Below are positions 29,873-39,505 of a stretch of DNA of 64,000 nucleotides, in pieces; the stretch's first letter is position 1; each line of letters opens with the position of its first letter. The position numbers and the translations under genes were made by a program. Under the pieces are notes generated by a model, which saw nothing but the letters and a program-made list of their open reading frames with translations, made no database searches and was not told the DNA's origin. Source of the stretch: an uncultured cyanobacterium (GTDB lineage Bacteria > Cyanobacteriota > Cyanobacteriia > PCC-6307 > Cyanobiaceae); NCBI GenBank assembly GCA_963765575.1, contig CAVXWZ010000001.1, positions 224,001 to 288,000 of the forward strand, written 5' to 3'.

Positions 29873-30132
29873 CAGTAGCGGTTGAAGCTGTCGAAGTCGT
29901 AGGCCGTGACCAAGGCGCCGCCGCACTCGACGACGATCACGCCGCCCTTGTCCATGGCCCTGATCAGCTCCTTGCGCTCGCGATCAAGCGCCTCCAGGAC
30001 CGTGCGGATCTGCTTGCGACCCAGCACCAGCTTGTCCCCATGGGGGATGCCGTGCTGTTGCGCGAGCTCGACGGTGGCTTCGCGGATGCCGCGCTGGGAG
30101 ACCCGAGCGCCGTAGTGGTTGGTTTTGGCCAT
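29872..30132 (-). CDS. Small basic protein, DUF4258/RelE-like RNase-fold candidate (86 aa)
   Basis: AGGAGG RBS; MAKTNHYGARVSQRGI...GVIVVECGGALVTAYD; TGATG overlap with the downstream gene. Confidence 0.7.
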   Translation of the reverse strand: MAKTNHYGARVSQRGIREATVELAQQHGIPHGDKLVLGRKQIRTVLEALDRERKELIRAMDKGGVIVVECGGALVTAYDFDSFNRY

Positions 30133-30486
30133 GCCCCTCCTGGGCTTGATATGCAGAGCATGGCAGGCAGCGAAGACCATGTCAAGTATCTGCAAACATG
30201 TCAGACACTGACAACAATGGGTGGCACCGTTTAATGTTTGGCGGAGGGCTGCTTCCGGCTTTTGGAGGGCCTGGCGATCAACGCCCTGCTTGTGCCACTA
30301 GAAGGCGAGACCGCTCTCAAGCGGCCCAACTGCGATGTAGTCGCGCGGGCCTGAATCCAGAGGCCCATGGGGTGATGGGAGCTGTGCGCTGGATCAGCCC
30401 CAGTTGGCTGGCGAGCGCCACCTTGGCGCCGATGGAGCCCAACGGACGATCAGGAAGGAACAAACCATCGGCCACATGGCCCGCCC

Positions 30487-31751
30487 TCAGCTCGGCAAGC
30501 CCTGCCGCACATAAGCGCACCGGCCTTGGGAGCTTGCGCACGCGGCCCTGCTCAACCAAACGCAGGCACCAGCGCTTGACCTCGGCTTTGGAGAACATCG
30601 AGCTGACCTCTGCCAATGCGTCGAGGCTGCAGGGGCTGCTCCAGGCAGCGCAGCACCAGGTCGTCGACAAAGGTGGCCAGTCAGCGGCAGGGGCATGATC
30701 CGATGGCTGCTGGGTGGGGAGGTGGCTCTATGAGGGCCGGCTCCAGCAGGGATCCCTGCTCCATCTCCGCCGGCGCTGTGGCGGGGCAGGAGCTGTGGTT
30801 GAGCAGCTCCGTTTCGCGGAGCAGAGCCTGGAGGGCTTCGGGTGTCTCCGGGTTGGGCCACGGCCGGGCGCCGATCTCCGCCAAGGCGGCCAGGCCAGCG
30901 CCGCCGCGTGGATCGCTGAGCACATGCAGCGGGCAGAACTGCAGCTTCTGCAGCTGCTCCGTGGCGCCGGCCCAGGTGCCGCCTTCCCCCTTGGCGGAGC
31001 TCACCACCAAGGCGGCATCGGCCAAGGCATAGATCAGCTTGTTGCGGGCCATGGCGCGCCACACCAGGAAGCGGGCGCTGGGGGTATCGCTGGAGAGCAA
31101 CAACAGACGGCCTTCCACCAGGGCCTGGCGCCAGATGGGCCGGGCACTGACCTTCTCCAGGCTGTCGGCCACCACGCCAATGGCGTGGCCTCCAGCGGCA
31201 AGGCTGCCCAACATGGCGGTTTCATCGACACCCTTGGCGGCGCCGGAGGCGATCACAACACCGGCTGCAGCCGCCAGCGCGCCCACTGCCTCGGCCTGCC
31301 TGAGCAGCGGCTGCGGTGTGCTGCGCGATCCCACCACGGCCAGGGCGGGGGCGCTGAGCAACTCAAGGTTGCCGCAGGCATAGAGCAGTGGCGGAGCGGC
31401 GTGCTTGAGGCGCTGCTTGAACCGACGGGGGTAGGCGGAGTCGGCACGACCGACCACGCTGATCGAGCGGTTGGCCCAGTGCTCCACCGCCTGGCTGAGC
31501 TGAAAGCCACGGGAGAGAAGGCGGTCGAGGCGCTCCGCCGCAAATTCGCTCGACAGGGAGCCCAGCAGCGACTCGCGGGAGCCATTGATCAGATCAGAGG
31601 GTTGATGCTGCTTTTTGTGCAGGACTGCAGCCAGCTGGGCGTATTCCACCGCCGTGAGCACAGGATCCTTGCCACTGCCCTTGCCGCCCTCCTGCAGGAG
31701 CGGGGAGGTGAGCAGCAGCACGGCCTGGGTGTTGGCGGATGGGGCGGTCAT
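30487..31751 (-). CDS. DprA/Smf-like protein with C-terminal wHTH (RqlI-like), frameshifts near the 3' end
   Basis: AYPRRFKQRL, PPLLYACGN, LAVVGSR, SGAAKGVD, AMARNKLIY, GGTWAGA; tail KRWCLRLVEQGRVRKLPRPVRY after frame repair. Confidence 0.88.
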
Positions 31752-31772
31752 CAGGGCTGAGGGGGCAGGGGC

Positions 31773-33855
31773 TCAGTCGCCCTGACCGCTCTGGGCCAGG
31801 GCCAGGGGGAACACCGGGCCAGAGCCATGCTCGCGCAGCAGCCAGGCCGCCACGGTGAAGGTCCAGCGGGAATCGACCATGTCGTCGATCAGCAGGCAGG
31901 GGCCCGTGGGGATGGGCTCGCGCACGACCAGGCTGCCGTCGAGGTTGCGGGCCTGCTGGCTGCTGTTCGCCATGTCCTTCTGCTCAGCCGTGTCGCAGCA
32001 CCTTCCCCAGCGCGGGCACAAAGGGCAGCCCAAGGGCAGCGGCCAGCCGTTCCGTGAAGGTCGGCACCAGCTCGGGATGGCGCCGGGAGGGAATGCAGGT
32101 GAGCCACTCCGGCGGCGGGGCCGGACGCCACTGCTGGATCAGCTGGACGCAGCCCTCCACCAAGGCTGCATCGAAACTGCCGGTGGTGTCCTTGCCGCGT
32201 TTGACCAATTCAGCCCAGCCGGCATCGGACCCGAAGCTCAGCGCCTTGCCGGGCTCCGCCTGGTGGTTCGCCGGGATGCGACCACGCAGGCCGTAGCTCG
32301 GCAGGCCACCGGCGGGCCACTGCTTGCGCGGCGTGATGGCGATGCGCAGGTGGCGCAGAAAGCTGGCGGCCTCGCGGGCCAGGTCGGCTGGCACCTCTGC
32401 CGGCAGTGGCGGCAGGGTGGGCGGCCCCACGGCACGGGGATCGCCATCGAGCGCCCCGATCAGAAAGGCCATGTGCTCTCCGAAGGGCAGATCCACATAG
32501 GCCTGCATCTGCTGGGCTTCCGCCTGGCGCAGCTGGGTGAGGCGCTCCACCCGCTCCCAGAAGCCGGGCTGGAGGGAGGCCGGCAGGCGCTGCCAGCGGC
32601 TGCCCTGCTTGCCGATCGGTGCCGGTGTCTCCAGCGAGAGGATCTTGAGGGCCTGCTGCAGCCGGCCCTTGGGCAGGTTGAGCTGGCCCAGCAGCTGGGC
32701 TTCGCTGCTGCCCTCGTCGGGGCCCTGCTCCAGGGCCTCCAGCAGGCCCTCGACCTGGCTGCGGGTGGGGAAGGCGCTGCGGATGAACCAGCTGTTGATC
32801 GCCTGCTCTTCCTCGCCGCTGAGCAACACGCCATAGGCGGACGGCAGGGCCCGGCCGGCACGACCCACCTGCTGGTAGTAGGCCACCACCGATCCCGGCA
32901 CCTGGTAGTGGATCACGAAGCCCAGATCGGGTTTGTCGTAGCCCATGCCCAGGGCGGTGGTGGCCACGAGGGCCTTGCACCGGTTGGCGATCAGGGCCGC
33001 CTCCAGCTGCTCACGATCGCCGTTGTCCATTGCTCCCGTGTACGCACGGGCGTCAAGGCCGCAGGTCTGCAGCCACTCCGCCACCAGGACGGCATCGCGG
33101 GTGGTGAGCGTGTAGACGATGCCGCTGCCCTCCAGCTCTGGCAGGGTCTGGGCGAGCCAGGCCAGGCGTGCCGGCTGGCTGGGGAGGCGGAGGCTCTGGA
33201 GGCTGAGCGAGGGGCGGTGCAGATCACCGCGCTGAATGCTGAGGTTGGGGCCGAGCTCGCGCTGCAGGTCGGCCATCACCCGGTCGCTGGCGGTGGCGGT
33301 GGTGGCCAGCAGGCTCACATTGGGCAGGGCCTGCACCAGCCGGCCGACGCTGCGGTAGTCGGGCCGGAAGTCGTGGCCCCAGTCGGAGATGCAGTGGGCC
33401 TCATCGATCACCACCAGGCTGGGGTTGAGGTCAGCCAGGGGGCCGCGGATGAACTCCGGGGCGTTGAGGCGCTCTGGCGAAATCAGCAGGATGTCGACCT
33501 GGCCCTCGCTCACCTGCTGCTCCACCGCCCGCCATTGCTCGGCGTTGGTGGAGTTCACCGTGCGGGCCACCAGGCCCATGCGCTCGGCGGCGGCGATCTG
33601 GTTGCGCATCAACGCCAGCAGCGGGGAGATCAGCAGCGCCGGGCCACGGCCGGCATCGCGCAGCAGCCGGCAGGCGATGAAATACACAAAGCTCTTGCCC
33701 CAGCCGGTCTTCTGCACCACCAGCAGCCGGCTGCCGAGCTCACAGACGGCCTCGATGGCCTGCAGCTGGCCTTTGCGGAAGTGGGCACCGGGGTTGGCGG
33801 AGCCCTGGCGGAGCAGGGCCAGGGCCCGGGCGGCATCGAAGACGGCAGGGTCCAT
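31773..33855 (-). CDS. RecQ-family helicase with C-terminal ComF/PRTase domain (RqlH-like), one frameshift near 32000
   Basis: QKTGWGKS, DEAHCISDWGHDFRPDY, TTATA, ALGMGYDK, YYQQVGRAGR; PRTase loop LLIDDMVDSRWT. Confidence 0.92.
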
Positions 33856-33985
33856 CAGCACAAGCAGGATCTGTTCAGGGACTGCCCAGCGGCAGCGCGG
33901 GGGGGAGGCGACAACCCAGGTGGGCTGGGTCGTGTTGGGAGGCCGGCCAAATCGGCCTGCACCACCACGGCGCCGCGGCACAGGC

Positions 33986-34747
33986 TCATGCGGGCAGAAG
34001 GGAATCCAGGAAACTCAGCGGTCGCGCCATCGACTCGGAGAAACCCAAAATCCCGCGGTCGCGGTGCTGGTGGATGAGGCTGTCGTCCGCATCCACAAGG
34101 AATGTGCCTCCCCGTTGCGTGAGGTAGTCGTCGAGCGGCACATAGGTGCGCCAGTGCCTCAGCACCTCTCCCATGTTGCGCAGCCGAATCGTCGCCAGCT
34201 CGAACGGTCGCTGGAAGCCCCTGCCGCCGGCACGGGCAAACAGCGCACCGCGAAGCGGCGGCAATGGTGGCGCCTCAATCAGCTCATCGTCGCCGATCCG
34301 CTGCGGAGCACTGCGATCTCCCGTGTACCCCCGCAGCACTTCCGCCAGGGTGCCCGGCGATCCAATCCCGGCGCACATCAACAGCAGGTTTCCCCATGGC
34401 CCGATCGGCAGCTGCAGACCCCCGTACAACCCCAGCTGGCGATGCAGTTCCGGGCTCCCTTCCACCCACAGGCGCTCGATCGGAAAGCCCGTGTAGGAGC
34501 AAAAGCGCTCTCGCCCCGCCCCATTGCCGATCCCGATCGCGGCGATGGCCACACCCGCCTCCTCAAGCCGCGGCAGCCATGGCACCAGGGCCTGGGCGTA
34601 CTCAAGGCTGTCGAAATCTCCCAGCTGGCCCCACACCACCAGCAGCCGGCGCTGTCCCGATTCCATCCCGGGCATGGTCCACAGCCGCTCCAGCAACAGC
34701 TGGGGTGCTCGCACCCACGGCGCCAGGTCAACAGCCTCGTTTGGCAT
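33986..34747 (-). CDS. AhpC/TSA-like thioredoxin-fold family protein
   Basis: WGQLGDFDSLEYAQAL; CAGIGSPGTLAEVLRGY; QRPFELAT; TQRGGTF. Confidence 0.8.
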   Translation of the reverse strand: MPNEAVDLAPWVRAPQLLLERLWTMPGMESGQRRLLVVWGQLGDFDSLEYAQALVPWLPRLEEAGVAIAAIGIGNGAGRERFCSYTGFPIERLWVEGSPELHRQLGLYGGLQLPIGPWGNLLLMCAGIGSPGTLAEVLRGYTGDRSAPQRIGDDELIEAPPLPPLRGALFARAGGRGFQRPFELATIRLRNMGEVLRHWRTYVPLDDYLTQRGGTFLVDADDSLIHQHRDRGILGFSESMARPLSFLDSLLPA

Positions 34748-34862
34748 GCAGGGGAGGGCTCAGGGCAGTTGGACGCCAGCATGGCTGGATCGGCCTGCTC
34801 GCGTCAGCTGCCCGGGGCCGCTCGAGCTGCACGCCAAGGAAGGACCCTGCCTCGACAGATCC

Positions 34863-34880
34863 GTCACAGACTGTTACAGT
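34863..34880 (+). promoter_or_regulatory. HLR1-like (RpaB) direct repeat overlapping the -10 of the hli cluster
   Basis: GTCACAGA-ct-GTTACAGT, containing TACAGT, 23 bp upstream of the hli start. Confidence 0.6.
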
Positions 34881-34903
34881 CTTCGCAACACCACTTCACA
34901 CTC

Positions 34904-35047
34904 ATGTCCGACACCACCTCCCGCTTCGGTTTCAGCGCCTTCGCCGAAACCTGGAATGGCCGCCTGGCCATGCTCGGCTTCGTGATCGGCCTCGGCACCG
35001 AGCTGCTCACCGGCCAGGGCATCCTCTCCCAGATCGGCCTGGGTTGA
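34904..35047 (+). CDS. hli: High-light-inducible protein (HLIP)
   Basis: FGFSAFAETWNGRLAMLGF...ELLTGQGIL. Confidence 0.95.
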   Translation: MSDTTSRFGFSAFAETWNGRLAMLGFVIGLGTELLTGQGILSQIGLG

Positions 35048-35052
35048 TCGCC

Positions 35053-35172
35053 ATGGGTACCGACTACTCCGCAGCCATCGCCGGCGTCACCGGCCTGGTC
35101 ATCATCCTCACGGCGATGGTGGCTTTTGTTCTCAGTCGCCCCAGCGACCTCGCCCCGCACAACAGCCGATGA
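35053..35172 (+). CDS. Single-TM microprotein (39 aa) between hli genes
   Basis: MGTDYSAAIAGVTGLVIILTAMVAFVLSRPSDLAPHNSR; stop overlaps the next ATG. Confidence 0.65.
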   Translation: MGTDYSAAIAGVTGLVIILTAMVAFVLSRPSDLAPHNSR

Positions 35173-35405
35173 CCAACACCCCCAGCAGCAACCAGTGGCT
35201 CGAAGAGCGCGCCACCCAGGACGCGCACATGGAGCAGCTCAAGCGAGCTGAACGCTTCAACGGCCGCGCGGCGATGCTGGGCATCGTCATCGGTGTGGTG
35301 GTGGAAGGGCTCACGGGCTTCGGCATTGCCCACCAGATCGGCCTCGGCCCGCTGGTGGATGGCTACGCCGCCTGCCGCACCCAGTTCCTGCCCTTCTGCT
35401 TCTGA
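35169..35405 (+). CDS. hli: HLIP-family protein with Cys-containing tail
   Basis: AERFNGRAAMLG...EGLTGFGI; tail YAACRTQFLPFCF. Confidence 0.88.
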   Translation: MTNTPSSNQWLEERATQDAHMEQLKRAERFNGRAAMLGIVIGVVVEGLTGFGIAHQIGLGPLVDGYAACRTQFLPFCF

Positions 35406-35496
35406 GGCTCTCGCAAGACGAGAGTCCCTTCATCCCCCGGGCCCTACGGCTGAGCACAATCCTGTTATGCTGCTATCGGCATACCGCTGAGTCACC

Positions 35497-35985
35497 GTGC
35501 AGCCTCCTATCCGTTTCGAGCCCTGGGCTCGCCGCTTCCGCCAGGGCTGCACTGCAGCTCTGGCGGCTTTGCTTGTTGTCCTGGTGCTTGTGGCCCCGGC
35601 CATGGCCGAGGAGCGCTGGTCGCTCAGTGATGAGGCCGGGCAACGCTTCCAGGCCTCGGTGTTCGAGCAGCCCTATCCCGACTATCCAAGTGGTTGGCGC
35701 CTGCGCCTGAATGCCCTTGGGGCCGGCACCGAGCTCGACCATGCCGATGCGCTACAGCTCAACGACGCCACGGGTCAGACCTGGAATCTGCGCAACCGCA
35801 GCGAGGAGATCGTGCCACCCGATGGCACGCCCGTGCCGGCGGGTTCCGCCCAGTTCGACCTCGATGAGCTCACCCCCCGCCCCAGCGAGGCCCTGCCCCT
35901 GCAGCTCACCTTCACCAGCGCCGCTGGGCCGGTGCGCATTGACCTCACGCCCGAGCAGACCCTGACGCTGCACGACCTGGCCTGA
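35497..35985 (+). CDS. Secreted DUF3122-like protein
   Basis: Signal peptide; WSLSDEAGQRFQASVF, GWRLRL, AQFDL. Confidence 0.65.
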   Translation: MQPPIRFEPWARRFRQGCTAALAALLVVLVLVAPAMAEERWSLSDEAGQRFQASVFEQPYPDYPSGWRLRLNALGAGTELDHADALQLNDATGQTWNLRNRSEEIVPPDGTPVPAGSAQFDLDELTPRPSEALPLQLTFTSAAGPVRIDLTPEQTLTLHDLA

Positions 35986-36342
35986 GCCTGGCCGCAGCAC
36001 TCGGATCCAACCTTTTCCACAGGTTTACCCCAGGCTCGATCGGCCTGATCCCTGGCCCCGTGCCGAGGGTCGGCCGCGAATGGGGAGAACGTTCAACGCT
36101 GGGCAGAGCTCTGAAATCTGTGGCGATGGTTACCGACTTGCCGCCCATGGGCCCCAGATCGATTGCCGCGCAGCGGGTCTCGCTGTGAGCAAGCCAGATC
36201 CCATGGTGAGTCCGTCTCGCGGCGTCTTCGCTGGCCCTTGGGGCTGAAGGCGGTGGCCCCGGGTTTGAGCAAAGCCCGCCGCTGGCTGAAGCCGTGGCCC
36301 TCCCCCTGGATGTGGAAAACCAGGCCAGAGCAGGCGGCCAGC

Positions 36343-36366
36343 AAAAAGCCGCCCCGCGGGGCGGCT
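36343..36366 (-). terminator. Rho-independent terminator of rbp
   Basis: Minus strand AGCCGCCCCGCGGGGCGGC followed by TTTTT. Confidence 0.8.
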
Positions 36367-36404
36367 GAGCAGGGCACCCGTGGGGCCCTGGCCTGGGACT
36401 GGAT

Positions 36405-36704
36405 TTACCAGCGGGAACGGCCACCACCGCCACCGCCGCCACCACCGCCTGCACCAGCGGCGGGACGAGGCTCGGCTTTGTTGACGCGGATGTTGCGTCC
36501 CATCCACTCCACATTCTGGAGATCTTCGATGGCCTTGGTTTCGTCGGCGGCGTTAGCCATTTCGACAAAGGCAAAGCCACGCTTGCGACCGGTGTCGCGA
36601 TCGAGGGGCAGGGTGCACTTGCGCACTTCGCCGTACTCGGCGAACAGGTGCTGGAGGTCCTCCACTTCGGCGTCGAAGGAGAGGTTGCCTACGTAAATGG
36701 TCAT
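36405..36704 (-). CDS. rbp: RRM RNA-binding protein with Gly-rich tail
   Basis: RNP2 IYVGNL, RNP1 RGFAFVEM. Confidence 0.95.
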   Translation of the reverse strand: MTIYVGNLSFDAEVEDLQHLFAEYGEVRKCTLPLDRDTGRKRGFAFVEMANAADETKAIEDLQNVEWMGRNIRVNKAEPRPAAGAGGGGGGGGGGRSRW

Positions 36705-36947
36705 GAACTGGGATGAAAGTATGAACCTGATTCGTCGAAAGCCCTGAAGAAAGTTGCTGGCCTGGTGGAGAAATTCTGTGGAACTCGCCGCGCTGGGGAG
36801 AAACCTGCTGAAGACTGATCTCTGAATCGATTCAAGCTTACAGCACCCCCGTGGACGATCCCCTGATTGACCCCCGACGGGGGGCGCTGGCTCTGCCGCC
36901 CGTTGGGGCGCTGCGGCCAGACTGCTGCCCTTTGCTGCCTTGACCCG

Positions 36948-37322
36948 ATGGCCGTGCCCACCGCCAGCCCGTCGCTGCTGAACCGGATCGCCCGGGTGCT
37001 GCTCTGCCTGGTGTTCATCCAGTCGCTGATCGGCAAGCTCACGGGCTTTGACGGACCCGCCGCTGCCATTGCCGCCAGGGGCCTGCCGCTGGCACCGGCT
37101 CTGCTGGTGATGGCCATGGCGCTGATGGCCGTTGGCTCAGCCCTGGTGATCAGCGGCTGGAAGGCTCGGCTGGGGGCGGTGTTGCTGCTGGTGTTCCTGG
37201 TGCCCACCAGCGTCCTGTTCCATGGCGAGGTGACCGATCCCGGCGAGCGGATCCAGTTGCTCAAGAACCTGGCGATCGTGGGCGGTCTGCTGCTGGTGGT
37301 GGACCAGGACAGCAGGCCCTGA
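36948..37322 (+). CDS. DoxX family membrane protein
   Basis: RIARVLLCLVF, LLLVFLVPTSVLFH, KNLAIVGGLL. Confidence 0.88.
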   Translation: MAVPTASPSLLNRIARVLLCLVFIQSLIGKLTGFDGPAAAIAARGLPLAPALLVMAMALMAVGSALVISGWKARLGAVLLLVFLVPTSVLFHGEVTDPGERIQLLKNLAIVGGLLLVVDQDSRP

Positions 37323-37702
37323 AGGACTGACAGCAGAGGCTGCGCCGGACTTCGGGGCCGGGTGGGGCCTCCAGGACCTCAGGCTGCCCGTGGTCCCGGC
37401 GGACCCCAGGGACAAGAGGCCGGCGGTGGGAGTGCTTGTATCGCTCCCATATGTTGTTCAGAACAGCAACGAACCCGGGGTTGATGATCGGGATGGTGCA
37501 CGCCTGGACGGCTGATGGGATGGCCATGGCGGCCGATGTGTTGCCGATCACCTGTCACCTGAATTCCATTCCGGTCGTTGCCCGTGAGAGAGAGGTATGA
37601 ACCCCGATCGAACGGCTGAGAGGGCTGAATCTTGCAAGCCTTGACGTTGCTCTCCAACCATGGCTAGCAATAGGGAAACCTGAAAGGTTGAGAGATCATC
37701 CC

Positions 37703-38908
37703 ATGAGTACTTCACACGACTTTGTACTTCTGAGAGATCTGAGCCTCGGCCGCCGGACCACCGGACTTTCCACCCCTTCTCTGCCCTATCCCGGTCTTGG
37801 CAGCTACGGCGCCACATCTGCTGTGGAGTTGCCTCCCGAGCCCTCGATCGCGGTGGAGCGCCTGGATGCCGCTGACCTGCGAGAGGCGGCCCGCGATCCC
37901 AATGTCCTGGGGGTGGCACGCTCCATGCCCACCCGTCTGATCACCCCCTCCAGCGGCGATGCCGCTGCGGTTGCCACCGGTGACACCTGGGGAGTGCGCG
38001 CGGTGGGGGCGGACCGCAGCTCCTTCGATGGAGCCGGGGTCGTGGTGGCGGTGCTGGACACCGGAATCGACCAGGCCCACCCCGCCTTTGCGGGGGTGAC
38101 GATCACCGAGAAGGATTTCTCCGGTTCGGGCCCCGGAGACGCCAACGGCCATGGCACCCATTGCGCCGGCACGATCTTCGGCCGGGATGTGGACGGCACG
38201 CGGATCGGTGTGGCCCGGGGGGTGACCAGCGCCCTGATCGGCAAGGTGCTGGGCGATGACGGCGGCGGCAGCTCGGAGATGTTGTTCAACGGCATGGAGT
38301 GGGCCTCGCGTCTCAATGCCCAGGTGCTGTCGATGTCGCTCGGGTTCGACTTCCCCGGCATGTCGGCCCGGCTGGTGGCCGGGGGCTGGCCCACCGAGCT
38401 CGCCACCAGTGCCGCCCTGGAGAGTTACCGGATGAACCTGCGCATGTTCGACCGGTTGCTGGCGATGATTGAAGCCCGCGCCGCCTTCAATGGCGGCACG
38501 GTGGTGGTAGCCGCCAGCGGCAATGAGTCCCGTCGTCCCGACTACGAACTGTCGGCGTCGGTCCCGGCGGCGGCCCTGGGGGTGATTTCCGTGGGTGCCC
38601 TGGGAGAGGACCCGGCGGGTTTCACGGTGGCACCCTTCTCCAACACCAACCCCGTGCTGGCGGCCCCGGGGGTGAATGTGGTCTCGGCCGCGACCGGTGG
38701 TGGCCTGGTGGCCCTGAGCGGCACCAGCATGGCCACGCCCCATGTGGCGGGTGTGGCGGCGCTGTGGTGGCAGGCCATCGGCGATGGTCGGATCCCCGTC
38801 AATGCCGCCGCCGTCAATGCACGGCTGCGGGCCTCATGCACCCGGGAGGGACTGGCGCCAGGGCTCGATGTGCTCGACCGTGGCGATGGTCTGGTGCAGG
38901 TTCCCTGA
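37703..38908 (+). CDS. S8 subtilisin-like serine peptidase
   Basis: Catalytic triad motifs VAVLDTG, HGTHCAG, SGTSMATPHVAG. Confidence 0.93.
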   Translation: MSTSHDFVLLRDLSLGRRTTGLSTPSLPYPGLGSYGATSAVELPPEPSIAVERLDAADLREAARDPNVLGVARSMPTRLITPSSGDAAAVATGDTWGVRAVGADRSSFDGAGVVVAVLDTGIDQAHPAFAGVTITEKDFSGSGPGDANGHGTHCAGTIFGRDVDGTRIGVARGVTSALIGKVLGDDGGGSSEMLFNGMEWASRLNAQVLSMSLGFDFPGMSARLVAGGWPTELATSAALESYRMNLRMFDRLLAMIEARAAFNGGTVVVAASGNESRRPDYELSASVPAAALGVISVGALGEDPAGFTVAPFSNTNPVLAAPGVNVVSAATGGGLVALSGTSMATPHVAGVAALWWQAIGDGRIPVNAAAVNARLRASCTREGLAPGLDVLDRGDGLVQVP

Positions 38909-38958
38909 GCTGGGCGCGAGCTGATGGCTGGGGGCAGGCGCGAGTCGCTGTCCAGGAA

Positions 38959-39043
38959 CGGAGGGGGTGGGATTCGAACCCACGGACCCTTGCGGGTCGC
39001 CGGTTTTCAAGACCGGAGCCATCAACCACTCGACCACCCCTCC
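38959..39043 (-). tRNA. tRNA-Ser(TGA)
   Basis: GGAGGGG acceptor stem, anticodon arm CCGGT-CTTGAAA-ACCGG, long variable arm, GGTTCGAATCC. Confidence 0.97.
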
Positions 39044-39187
39044 AGGCGTCGGCGGCCCCCGCAGGAGCTGGGGCAAGTCTCCCACGGGCGAGGCTGGCGG
39101 GTCTGGTGATCCCTACCGGCACCGCCCTTCGCCATCACAAAGCCACTGCATAGGGTTGTTGGACACCTGCCACCATCACCACGATTC

Positions 39188-39505
39188 ATGGAGCCCATCC
39201 AGCCCATTCCCGACGCCATCAGTCACCGCCAGCTGGCCCAGTTGCTGGACAGTGCCGCGGTTGAGTCCGGCACCCCTGAGGTGAACGACGGCCGTGAAGC
39301 TGGCGCCGATCGCCAGCGAGAACTGGAGGCTCTGCTGCAGGCCTACGGCCGGCTGAGCGTGCAGCTGCTTAAGGCCTTGGAGGGCAACACCCAGGAGCTG
39401 GCGCGGGGCCGCAGCCCCCGTCAGTTGATGGCGATGGGCGCCCTGCGGGCCCATGCCCAGATGGCTTTGCAGGCCCTCAACGCACATCGGGATAGAGGCG
39501 CCTGA
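39188..39505 (+). CDS. Hypothetical protein
   Basis: Helical 105-aa ORF with plausible codon usage. Confidence 0.65.
   Translation: MEPIQPIPDAISHRQLAQLLDSAAVESGTPEVNDGREAGADRQRELEALLQAYGRLSVQLLKALEGNTQELARGRSPRQLMAMGALRAHAQMALQALNAHRDRGA

Noticed and set aside
31855..34077. Long alternative ORFs in the track (e.g. 31855-34077 +, 50338-52572 +, 55006-56649 -, 3766-5676 -)
   Set aside because: Antisense or off-frame shadows of well-supported genes, expected in high-GC DNA, with no recognisable motifs.
36010..36020. DnaA box TTTTCCACA / replication origin
   Set aside because: Single box with no cluster, no AT-rich unwinding region and no dnaA/dnaN context.
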